Source of the DNA: Octopus vulgaris
Lineage: Eukaryota
Direction of reading: 5' to 3'
Assembly: GCA_951406725.2 (NCBI GenBank)
Contig: OX597822.1
Coordinates: 5,270,001 to 5,334,000 of the forward strand
Length of the DNA stretch: 64,000 bases
The notes under the pieces are model-generated. The model saw only the letters and a list, made by a program, of their open reading frames with translations. It had not been told where the DNA came from and did no database searches. Every line of letters begins with the position of its first letter. Within the stretch, counting starts at the first letter, position 1. The translations under genes were made by a program, and so were the position numbers. Shown here one piece after another: positions 41,840-53,600 of the stretch.

Positions 41840-42184
41840 TGATAGTGAGAGAAGCAGTATTAATATCAAAAAGTAATATTTATCACCACTTAAAATAGAC
41901 TGTTAGAACACAGATAACTGTGATTGTTACCATGACAGAACCTCTCATATGGACTTGTGGTGCACATAAGCATTCATGCCTATACCATTAACGAGAGGTA
42001 ATCAACTGCCATTACCAGTGCGAAGATCATGTGATTTTGGCCTTCTCAAAGGTGGATGCCCAACAGCTGGTAATAGCTGTGATTCCTCTGCTAGCAATAT
42101 ACATAGAATTCTCAGTACCTAATCAGGTAACTGGTGTTGCAAATAGCCAGTGGGCTTATTGAAAAATAATTAATAACAACAGAA

Positions 42185-42594
42185 GCAGGAGAGGCTGCGT
42201 GGTAAGTAGCTTGCTAACCAACCACATGGTTCGGGGTTCAGTCCCACTGCGTGGCACCTTGGGCAAGTGTCTTCTACTATAGCCCCGGGCCGACCAATGC
42301 CTTGTGAGTGGATTTGGTAGACGGAAACTGAAAGAAGCCCATCATATTTATGTATATATATATATGCGTGTGTGTGTTTGTGTGTCTGTGTTTGTCCCCC
42401 TAGCATTGCTTGACAACTGATGCTGGCGTGTTTATGTCCCCGTCACTTAGTGGTTCGGCAAAAGAGACCGATAGAATAAGTACTGGGCTTACAATGAATA
42501 AGTCCTTGGGTCTAGTTGCTCGACTAAAGGTGGTGCTCCAGCATGGCCACAGTCAAATGACTGAAACAAGTAAAAGAGTAGAGAGTAAAGAGTA
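42185..42594 (+). mobile_element. Family A SINE, full length
   Basis: Near-identical to the 9255 copy. Confidence 0.92.
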
Positions 42595-42689
42595 TTAAAA
42601 CCAAGAGGTAATATTTAACTTCCACTTAAAGTGGATGTTGTTTTAGAACACTGAATGCTGTTCACAAACTGTTTCTCAGAGATTCACAA

Positions 42690-42754
42690 AACCATTCATC
42701 AGACGATTGTCAGAGTTCAAAATCTGAACTCTCACAATTGTCTGATGAATGGTT
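42690..42754. other. 30-bp near-perfect hairpin (pre-miRNA-sized)
   Basis: AACCATTCATCAGACGATTGTCAGAGTTCA-AAATC-TGAACTCTCACAATTGTCTGATGAATGGTT, with two non-Watson-Crick positions. Confidence 0.9.
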
Positions 42755-42965
42755 ACAGGAAACAGGTAATGGTTTAAGTTTTTATAGGGGGAGGGGCTTT
42801 CAACAAAACAGTATTTTACTTTACCTTTGGTATTTGAGTACTAATTACTTCCTCTTGTTTTGTACCTGTATGCTTCCTCGTATGTATATATATACACACA
42901 TACAAGCATATATAAATGTTTATACACACACAATGTGTGTGTATACATATAAATAAATATATATC

Positions 42966-43123
42966 GGAGTGGTTGGCGTTAGGAAGGGCATCCAGCTGTA
43001 GAAACACTGCCAGATCTGACTGGCCTGGTTCAGCCTTCAGGCTTCCCAGACCCCAGTTGAACCGTCCAACCCATGCTAGCATGGAAAGCGGATGTTAAAC
43101 GATGATGATGATGATGATGATGA
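42966..43123 (+). mobile_element. RTE LINE 3' tail (family B), 5'-truncated
   Basis: GGCGTTAGGAAGGGCATCCAGCTG...GTTAAAC(GAT)n. Confidence 0.85.
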
Positions 43124-43137
43124 TATATATAAATATA

Positions 43138-44011
43138 CAGGGTGCAGTGAATATATTGTTGTCTAAGTTATGCAAAAATGAAAATAACACCAACATCTCA
43201 TTTTAACAGATATAATAACCAAAATTACATAAAAATATCTCGAAATACTAAAGAGTAAATGTATTCAATAAAATCGTCCTTGGCTTCAACCACGGCCTCC
43301 AGACGACTTAGGAATCTCCTGCAACTCTTTTGGATAGTCTACTTATTTAAGTTGGTGAATGCTGCCATAATCCTTGCCTTCAGTTCATCTTTGGTGTTAC
43401 AAAGAGCTTTGTTGGTCTCTCACTCAACTGTGCTCCATACATAATAATAAAGGGGGTTGCAGTCTGGGGAGTAAAGTGGCCAGATGTTAGTGGTGATGTG
43501 GTCGCAGAAATTATCTGACAGCCATGACTGGGTTCTCCTGCTTGTGTACCATGGAGCAGAGTCCTGTTGCCAGACATAGGGTCTTCCAGCAGCCATCCTC
43601 TTAACCAGGGCAGCACTACCTCCTCAAGGCACTTGATGTAGGCCTCCATGTTGAGAGTCTGAGGTCATGTGGAAAGATGAATGGAGGCATAACGTTGCCA
43701 TCACTAGTGATCACTCCAAATACGATGATGCTAATTGGATGCTTGATTTTTATCACTCTCGGTACATGCACTGTCCTCAGATCGACATCCAAACACTCTG
43801 AAATGTTCATATTGGAGCTTCCTGTGTGAATGCCAAGAAATACAGCATGTTGTTTCCAAATTTCTGGCAGAGTGAATTGTGTCATGGTGCTGTTTTTCTC
43901 TCAGACAGTGCCCAACTAATCCTACTATACTGTCAACAAAATCAAAAACAAACAATCCTCATGCACAAAATTGAAATTATAAAACAGCATCAATTTACCT
44001 ATCGCACCGTG
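43138..44011 (-). mobile_element. Tc1/mariner element of DD37D (maT) type, internally deleted, transposase pseudogene
   Basis: TA TSD and TIRs CAGGGTGCAGTGAATATATTG / CACGGTGCGATAGGTAAATTG. Translation WQQDSAPWYTSRRTQSWL...WPLYSPDCNPLYYYVW...LEAVVEAKDDFIE* has 37 residues between the second D and the third catalytic position (now TAT). Frameshifted. Confidence 0.9.
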
Positions 44012-44203
44012 TATGTGTGTGTGTGTGTGTGCGCATGCATATTTTAATATCACCACTCTATTGCAAGCATTCAGGCCAACAGCAATTTGGAGTACCTTCC
44101 TCCTCAGTAAGCAGCATGTAAGCACACACATATACCCACATGTACGCATGCATGCACACACATACATACATACACAGATATAAAAAGTAAAGACCCCATT
44201 GAG

Positions 44204-44518
44204 TCATGATGACCATGGGATTGTACCTAGAAAGTTACCCTCCAAAGCACAAGTCTGAGCAAGGATGTTTATGAAGACCAACAGTCGCTTCATAGCAGCC
44301 TCCCCTCTCCTTGCCCTCAATGTTATCCAAGGGAAAGGCATAGGCCAATACAGCTTGGGACCAGTGATACTGAAATTCATTTCTACAGCTGAGGGAACTG
44401 GAGCAATGTGAAATAAAGTGTCTTGCTTAAGAGGAAAACACACAGCCCAGTCCAGGAATCAGACTCACTACCTTATGACTGTGGGCCCAACACTCTAACC
44501 ACTGAGCCATGTGCCTTC
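44204..44518 (-). mobile_element. tRNA-derived SINE related to family E
   Basis: Minus head GAAGGCACATGGCTCAGTGGTTAGAG and an AGCAAGACACTTTATTTC box. Confidence 0.8.
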
Positions 44519-44829
44519 ACAGATATATCTCACCCATAATCATCATTCGTTTAGTGTCTCTGATGATGATGTGCACATGTGTAGATATACAAATGTATAT
44601 ATATATCTACAATCATGCACACGCATGCACAAAGAGGGACATTGGAAGCTTGTTTCTTTTCATTCAATGTTTCAAGCTTTGAGTTACTGTTGTAAACAAG
44701 ACCATTCAGTAATATCTTCAGTTACTGTCAGTGACATAGCATGGTGTCATGCTATTATCTTAGTTAAAAACATCACTGCACCGCTCAAGAAAATTGCTAT
44801 TGTGGCTCAACTAGCTAAAAATATAACCG

Positions 44830-45150
44830 AAAGAAGAGGGGGAAGAAGAAGGAGAAATGGAGATAGAGAAGAAAGAGAGACTGAGAGAGATGATGGGAGA
44901 AGAAAGGAAGATAGGTGAGAGAATAGAAGGGAGAGCAGCAGCGATAAAAAGAGAGTTGGGGAGAGAAGAAAGAGAGAATGCGAGTGGAGAGAGAAAAGAA
45001 AAAAGGGGACAGAAGAGAAAGGAGGAGAGGAGAGAAAAAGAAAAGAGATAGGAAAAAAAGTGATGGGGAAAAGAGAGAAGACAAAGGAGGAGAAAGAAGA
45101 AAGAGAAAAATAAAGGATGAGAGAAAAGAGAGAGAGAGAGAGAGAGATGA
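44830..45150. repeat. Polypurine (GA-rich) low-complexity tract
   Basis: About 320 bp, almost all A/G on the plus strand. Confidence 0.9.
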
Positions 45151-45534
45151 AGACATTTTCAGGAATATTAACTCTTTTCACAAATAAATCCTTGAAAATT
45201 AAAGCAGGGGTGATGTAATATAGGTAATGAAATTTGTTTTGCAATGTAAAAGTTCTTTCTCTTTTCATATAAAAATATCCATGCCACTGCTCTGTATTCT
45301 TCACTCAATGTTTGCTAGCAGCAATGCCAACTATTCACTCCAGCAAGCAGAGATGAAGCAACTGCCATTTACCAATATTAGTTTTCTACATATAGAAGCT
45401 TTCAAAAATAGCAGTTCTATTTTTCTTCCTTATTCTATGCTTCTTTCTTTCTTTCTTTCTTTATTCTTGGTTTTAGTTGTCTTTTTATTTATTAATTTTT
45501 TCATTTCATTTTTCTTTCCGTTTTTTTTTTTACA

Positions 45535-45701
45535 TTTATTTGACAAAATGCAATCTTTTCTCTAAATACTGATTGAATAAGCTACCAATGTCAGGGGGGG
45601 AAAATATGATTCAACTTGATACTTCAATGACAAGCAAAGTGGTTTTGACAAGATCAACGACACTACTTTTATTCTTGAGACAAGTGGAACTGTTGAAATA
45701 G
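45535..45701 (-). other. Putative alternative terminal exon
   Basis: Strong acceptor ttttcttttattgtctatttcaacag|, no good donor, and AATAAA at 45535-45540 on the minus strand. Confidence 0.4.
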
Positions 45702-45796
45702 ACAATAAAAGAAAATAATAGTGAACCTCAAAATACACACACGACATACACACATGAGAAGGTAAATAGATTCACACAATAATACACACACACTTA

Positions 45797-45931
45797 CACA
45801 CTCAGGGGTGAAGAGAACTGTTCATTTAATCCAATTCCACTCGCTCCCCCCGCTGACGAGCCAATCCTTTTCATATTCTTGTAGTATTAATGTCATTGTA
45901 CAAATCGACATTGATGCTAAAACAAGACAGA
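45797..45931 (-). other. Putative exon (acceptor ambiguous)
   Basis: Donor |gtaagt at 45796-45791 and pyrimidine-rich acceptor candidates (tttcaag| at 45932, ttttag| nearby). A ~95 nt intron leads to the 45701 acceptor. Confidence 0.4.
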
Positions 45932-48900
45932 TCTTGAAATTTAAGAAAACAGAAAAGAAAAGAAAATCCTGTGCAAATATAAGTAAAAATGCTACATGTA
46001 ACCATGTGGTATTTATAATCCATATCAACAGTTTCCAGAATACTTTCTGACTTATTTGTTCTCTTTTCTTTTCCTTTTCTTTCTTTTTTCCTCAACCAAT
46101 CTAAGAATGGAATCTCTAACACAACAGCATAGGTGTGAATCTCAATAATTCTGACCTTTACAATAAGTTTTAACATCTGTCAGCTTCAACCAGCCAAATA
46201 ACCATGAATTGGATCAATAAGCTACTGAAGGAATACATGCAACCTACCCTTCTAAATCTGAACTCAGTTTTTCTATAGAAGCAATGTATTCTCATACAGG
46301 AAATTATTTTAGAACTCAATAGCAAACCAAGAAGGAAAATAGATGCCTATTACACGCATATTGCTATGTTTCTTTTACACACACAAACACATACACACAT
46401 ATGCCTCAGTGAGGAAATAGTAAGGAGATTGAAACATATCAATATAATCCCTAATCACATTCTCATTAACTATGGATTTAATGCAATAATATTCCTAGTA
46501 GGCAGCCAAATGCCAGTCGTTATGTCATCAGATGGACTACTTTACAGTAATCATTCTGGTTCTCTGTTTCATGAGTTCAAATTTCACCAAGATCTCCGTT
46601 GTTTTTCAGCCTTTTCAGGTCAATAAATAAAGAACCAATCCCATATCAGGATTAGATCTCCCCCCCTCCCTATCTCTCTCCCCCTCTATCTCTTCCTCCC
46701 CTCTCTCTCTCTGGAAAAAATCAGCTATCATCTGACACGGAGAGGAATGGGATCTGCCAGGTTTTTAAAAAAACATTGTGTAGAAGAAAGAATATGTCAT
46801 GCCAGCCTGCCTATGACACCACCACAAGTTGAAACCCCAGGACATAGCAATATTCCCAACTAGACACAGTATATTACATATTTCAAAATGTATCATTCTC
46901 TGCCATATAAAATCAACAAGCAATGAAGCTGTGAAGTAGCAATAATTTCATGCATGAAGCTTGATGTAATTGATAAACTGAACCTTCAAATGGAACACCA
47001 GGTGCAGCCAATGGTCGGTTCTCAAACAATATACAAGTGTGTGTATGTGTGTGTGTGAGAGAGAGTGAGTGAGAAAGAGAGAGAGAGAGAGTGAGAAAGA
47101 GAGAGAGAGAGAGAGAATACTGCCTTTTCGAGTTTGGCTCACAGAAACATATGGAATACACAGAGTAACATATCAGTTTTGCTTCATGGCAGATGACATG
47201 GAGCAAACAAAGGTACCGGTAATTCTTCAATGGTTCAGCCTTGTTGCACACAATATCGTAATGATTGTTACCTAACAATTAAACTAAGAATACAGGTATC
47301 TATATGGCATATTCAATCACTTTATAATTCAATGGTCAGGCAGATACTTCTGTTGGGAAAACAACAGAAACACCAATTCCTCGAAATCAGCAAGGTAGCC
47401 CAATCCTCATTCTCACTGCCACCATCATTTAAGGTTCATTTTCCATGCTGGCATAGGTTGGATGTTTCAAAAGGATCCAAAGACTCAAAACACCATGTCT
47501 TGCTCCAATCGCTCAATTTTGTCAGGATTTCCTCAGCTGGATGTCCTTCCTAACACTAACCATCTTACAATAAATATACTTGGTGCATGTTTTCATGGCT
47601 TCAGCACTGCAGAGGCTATATTGCCCTTTGCCAGACAAAAGAGCCCTCTCAAACACTACATTGTTGCTGCTTGATTTGATTTACCAACCACTTAAAGAAT
47701 TAAGTAGGTGCATTTTAAGTAGCACCAGCACTTGTAGGACTGTTGTGTACCTCAAAAAGCAAAAAAAAAATAAAAGAATCCATTATATTTATAAGCACCT
47801 GGACAATCACTTTTTCATAAAAACTATTCCTTGAATAATGGTGCATGAAACATGTCAACCTCAAGCCCTTACTGCTTCTACTGTAATTCTAGAACACATT
47901 AACTTATTGACAAAACAGCTTAAAAACACTTAAGGAGATGTAAATTGATTCAAAATAAACTGAAGGACTTGATTATAAGATATGGAAAAAAACAAGCAAA
48001 GCAAATACTCAAACATGAATAAATACAAGCCTGATGGTTTGGGTAATAAGTTCACTTAAAGAACAGGACTTGATGCAGAATCACAGGGTTTTAAACACAG
48101 TCCAACTACACAGAACCAAGGTAAGAGTTGAGGTTATAGTAGAAGACATTTCAACTATAACTTCAGGCCCCTGTTTTATATGAGTGTCTCTGTGCACATG
48201 CTAACCTGCAGCATGTGTGTATCAGTGTGAATATTTATATTCTGCACTTCTGCAAACAAATGAAAAAAAACAAATCAGTGAGTAATAGATGGTGATAATA
48301 GCTGACAACTCCTTGTCAACAAATTGTCTAGTAGTTCTGCATTTTAAAAGATGAGTGGAATGAAAATTCCCTCACATGAAAAGCAGGAAAGTATTAGCTA
48401 ACAAGAAGGGCATCCAGCTGTAAAACGACTGCCGTGGTAATATATACTTATCTAACTCAACCTAACATGTTAAAATGAATGCAAAAATAAACAAATGGAT
48501 GAACAAACGTATATACATGTACACACACATCCATACATAAAGCTCAACTAATAAGAACAAGAGAAATTTTCAGACAAATACACAAACACAAAATTAGTGA
48601 AACCATGTGACGAACAGCTGACAAGCTCTATAAATGAGGCAAAGATAACAAAATTCACAATGGAAAGTTTCGAATTATGTTTGTTATATATACAGATCAA
48701 AGGAATTCTTTATTATATGACTGGAAACATATGGTGACATGGCTAGCAATGGGTAATTTAAAAACATACAATATTACCGATATTATTAGATAAAGGAACG
48801 GAATGGATGACATGAACAATCAGAGGATGGGTAACAGAGAAAGAAAGAAAGAACATTAATGATGAACTCTGATAAATCTATAGAGATGGAAGTCTACATG

Positions 48901-50153
48901 CATTTCTATAAAAAAAAGCAAAAATATGATTATATACGAGGCATATTAATCTAGATATGACGCACACATGTAACTAAACATAAATTAATGTACAGGTGTG
49001 TGTATGTGTGTGTGTGTAGGATTTGTTTATTTGTTCAAAAATTGTTAAAGTTGTGTCTATGCATATTTGTGCATGTGCGTACATGCATATGTGAGTCTTT
49101 TGCACAAAGAATTGCTACATAAACATATCTAAGTATATAAAGAGGCAGACAGCATAGTTCTGATAATCATCTTAACAAAGTGACAGTCATATTTGCTCTT
49201 TTAGAAATATTGAATATGTAACTGTTGGTTTCTTTTATTCTCATTTTTTGCAACCTATGCAAGTTCTCAATTGCAAAAATGCATTTTTATTAACAATCCA
49301 AATTACAAATCAGACATCTATTCACAGTTATGGATAAATGTGCATTTGCAAATGTGCCAAACAAACCGTTGAATGGTTGAGTCGCTAAAGTATCTATAAC
49401 ACACATACATGTGCTCAAACATACGCATAAGTGTGTAAGTACAGGCATGCACTCATACGCATGTGTGTGGGTGAATGTATGTATTTATGTATGTGGGTGA
49501 ATGTATGTATTTATGTATGTGTGTGGTGTATACAAGCGCACATATAAGCTAAAGTGTTTTTGTAAACACATTCACATACAATTGTATTTCATCATAAAAG
49601 AAGAATGAATAAATTGCTATGGCAACCTAAAACCAATAACTAAAGCTAGAAGTGATTTTGTGTCACAGAATTAGCAGCATGGTTAAACACTACATACATG
49701 TTTGAGAAGAAATCATGTGCCACACATGTCTGCTAGAGATGAGTACTCAACTCCTTTCACATTAATACAAATATATTTGATACACAGTTTGAATGGAGCT
49801 GAATAATTTCAGTGTTGTGAGAGGTAAAATCACATTACAAATGCATACAATGAAAAGTACTTTATCACACATTATATATGAGTGAAATAACATCAGAGAT
49901 GCTTTGCCCCACATAGGGGCTACTTAAAGATATCACAAGTTTCTCTCCTGATGATGTCTAAAGCTACCACAATGTTGGAAACTCTTCCATATCTTCATCA
50001 GGTACCTTATTTTTAAGAGCATTTCACTTCTTAGCCAGTACACTTCACCTGCAGAAGCATTTCATTTGCAATCAATTGTCAACCACAGCTACTTCTGAAG
50101 TGTTTTAGCTATCAAGGATATCACAATGATGGTTTTCTTTGGTTGACAGGGTT

Positions 50154-50420
50154 TCAAACCAATTTTCTGCAGCAAAGTACCAGATCCAGTAGGAAAAGTG
50201 AAGAAGCCAATTTCAATAAGAAATGAGTCTGCTTGCTATCCTTTTGACACAAGCTTTTTGAACCAAGTCTGCCCTCCCAGGGCACTGTGAGCTCAACCAT
50301 GATAACTGCTTTTGCACTTCCTGGATAAAAAAGAACATGTCTAGTCACAGCAATGTTACAGCCATCTCTTCTGAAAGAAGGGTCTCTTTCAAGATAAATA
50401 TTTGGCACTTCTGGTCATTT
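50154..50420 (-). pseudogene. REL-endonuclease non-LTR retrotransposon fossil (Hero/NeSL/R4-like)
   Basis: Peptide VLFYPGSAKAVIMVELTVPWEGR matches the RPDIV...VELTVPWE restriction-like endonuclease motif. Confidence 0.75.
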
Positions 50421-51060
50421 AGAAAGCAAACACTTGAACTATTATTTACAACATTATGTGAATACATAACTGAGCATGTGAAATCTTTCATATGTCCAGA
50501 GAGTAGATATAAACAGGTGAATTCTTTTAAATATATGCATTTTTTGAAAGTCTTAGATACAAGCACCATCATACATATGAACAGTTAAACATACTTTACA
50601 AGAGTAAATTTTTTGTGTGTTTAATGATATGCAAATTGTAAGATCCAGGGATCTGGTGGAGGAAGTTAGTAAGCTTTAAACAGTCTGTGGTAGGTAAAAA
50701 ACAACTTTCAGGAACAATAATAGTTTATTAGCTTTTCCCATATCACAGTTTAATAAGCTGAAAAAAGTTTTGCTATAGTTTACGGTTAGCAACTAACGTT
50801 GCTATGAATCTGAATAAAAATCTAAATTGAGGGAATGAAGCAGGTAAAATCCAGGGTACACATGTTTTCTAGCAAGCAGATCCTTGGAAGTAATAATTAC
50901 TGAATGAGGGGTACTCCACTAGCTACAAATCAGGCCAAAGATACCTTAGTTAAATGAAGGTTACATTGTCATTAAAGAATACCAAATTAACTCACCGGAG
51001 ATATAATTTAAAATGAAATATATGTAGCCAGGATTTTACCTGCACCATTCTCTCAATTTG

Positions 51061-51118
<58 letters not shown>

Positions 51119-52506
51119 ACACACAAACACACGTATGCATATGCAGACACACAGAGGAGTGAGGGAGAGGAGAAAGGGTGGAAGGAGGAGGGGATGGGTG
51201 GATTTGAGTGAAGGTAAGAATGCAGATTCTGAATGAGCACTATTATAGAAATGAAAGAAATAGCAGACAAAATACACATCATGAGAAAGACAAAAGAAAC
51301 ACAAATTTCCAATAGCAAAAAAATTTTTTTTTTCTTTATTTTTTGTCTTTTCTTTATATATTTCATACCTGCAACTTTTTATAAACAAGGGATAACCTTC
51401 ATCTTTTATGCATGTCTTCTATAAGTGCATTGTTTATGTAAAAACAATGTAAGTTTATATATAATATTACATATATATTACTATGTTTTACAAATTTTAC
51501 ATGTGTATCATCTTATAGAAAAATAGTGTAACCTATATCTATGTTATCTCTTTGATATATTTTACATAAGTAATGAATGAAGATTTACTGCTGTGTTTTA
51601 TTTACAACATATCAGCATATGTTTAGACTGTCATTAGATGCCACATTTTACATACATGTACATGGGTTGTATTCCATCTTAAATCATGTAAAAGGGTCAA
51701 TGAAAATCAGTAACCCTAATAGTCAGTTCACTGAAAACATACCGCTCTAAATATAGTGAAAATAAACACAGAAATGATACGATTAATAGCTAGAACAATC
51801 TTTAATATTCTGCACTTTTTGACATGCACAAGCTAATTTGCTGTTTATGTGTGTAGATTAATTCTTCTTTCCACGTGTGCAATACAAATCCAGCAAAGTG
51901 AAAGAAATTATTCTAAAATTATTTTCACATTGGGGATTAAATTCTTCACACCTCATACCATTTGGAATTCAGAAACACAATTTATAGAAGCAATTCTCTT
52001 TGTGAAGCTAACACAAAACTGCTAAAATAAGTGTCAGGTTGCTGTGGTGCTTTTCCATTGTTGCAGTTGTTAATTGTGCAAGCTTTACGTATTGGACATA
52101 AAATTGACATAAAATGGCAAACACCACTGGCAGTAATCTTCTTAAGAGATTAAAGAATATTGATGATCTTGACAAGCAATTCAGCAGGCCAACAGGCATC
52201 ACCACCATCATCATCGGAATCTTAATATTTCAAAATCCTATTCATCATCAATTGGGAAAAGCATAGGAGCAAGCCAAACTAGTTGTAACCTTTGTATAAA
52301 TGTTAGTACTGCAAAATCCTTGCTAAGTACTTTGATGTCACAGAATAGCTGTAAAGTTTAACATTAAGTAAAGCTGAAAGGCAAGAGTAAACCTAGAGTG
52401 GTCAACCAAAATAGTTAAAACCAAAAATAGACATTTACATATTAAGTATGTAAATAAAGATTCAGAATGTCGGATGGGAAATTTAGAAAATATTATAATT
52501 CATGCA

Positions 52507-52537
52507 TAATAATAATAATAATAATAATAATACTAAT

Positions 52538-52619
<82 letters not shown>
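52507..52619. repeat. (AAT)n immediately followed by (ATT)n, an AT-only palindrome
   Basis: The repeat orientation flips at ~52578. Confidence 0.95.
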
Positions 52620-52620
<1 letters not shown>

Positions 52621-52942
52621 TATGTTTGACTTTTGCTTTATGTCTGTACAAGTTGGCTCCAAGTCTCACCCAGAGACCTCAAGAGACAACAGGTTGGAAG
52701 TTCTGTGCCATATATTTGGGGGGTTTTTTTTGGGTGTTGTACTAGTGAATGTCTAATACATAAAAATAAAATTAAATTAAAAAAAAAAAATTTTTTTTAA
52801 ATTAAAAAAATAAATAAAAAAAAGTTTGTTTTAAACCTTGGGATTACATAGAGAGTATTTTGCGTAGGATATGAGCAGTTCCCATGAGCACTATCTTTTG
52901 AATTTCTGCCATTTTGGGGTTTCCTGGTATCTGAGTTAGGTA
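52620..52942 (-). mobile_element. 5'-truncated R4/Dong-like LINE inserted in (TAA)n
   Basis: C-terminal peptide YLTQIPGNPKMAEIQKIVLMGTAHILRKILSM* (52844-52942) plus 3' UTR; TAA repeats on both sides. Confidence 0.8.
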
Positions 52943-53046
52943 ATTATTATTATTATTATTATTATTATCATCATTATGATGAACAGGAAAAAACTCTGAT
53001 ATTTAGCATGCGAGTTAGGTAAAGTTTGTTCTAGCTCAGTATTTGT

Positions 53047-53600
53047 TCATCACCATCATTATTTAACATCCATTTTCCATGCTGGCATGAGTTTGTTCAG
53101 GCTCCTTGTCTGTTTTGGGCTGGGTTTTTATGCCTGAATGCCCTTCCTAATGCCAATCACTTCACAGTGTGTACTGGATGCCTGTATGCAGCACAAGCAC
53201 AGGTGCTTTTTACATGATACCAGCACCCACAAGCTTGCAAGATTAGGGTTCCTCTGCTGGAGAGGGATGCAGGGGTCATCCCTGTATGCAAGGACAACCA
53301 TGATTTCATTTAGCTTGACATGTCTTCCCAAGCACAGCAATCTACTCGAAGTCCCTTCTTATCATCTCTGAGAGACTATATGTCAGAAGATCCTTTCTCG
53401 CCACATCTTTTTGGGTCTATCTCTTTTACACATTCCCTCCACAATGAAAGATCAGCACTTCTTGATGCAGATGTCTTCATTCATATGCATGTTCTGAATA
53501 ATTACACAAAATCATCACTTCTTACCCACTTGCAACCCAAGCTTTGCGCTATTGTCTTTTTTCATGAGAGCTCTAGATGCATGCTGCTCATAACTGAAAG
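53047..53600 (-). mobile_element. 5'-truncated RTE LINE
   Basis: Minus translation VEGMCKRDRPKKMW...AVLGKTCQAK* (RTE GRGRPRKTW motif), contiguous with the family B tail. Confidence 0.75.

Noticed and set aside
44807-45304. 165-aa hydrophobic ORF, the longest in the window
   Set aside because: Translation of the polypyrimidine strand of the GA-rich tract.
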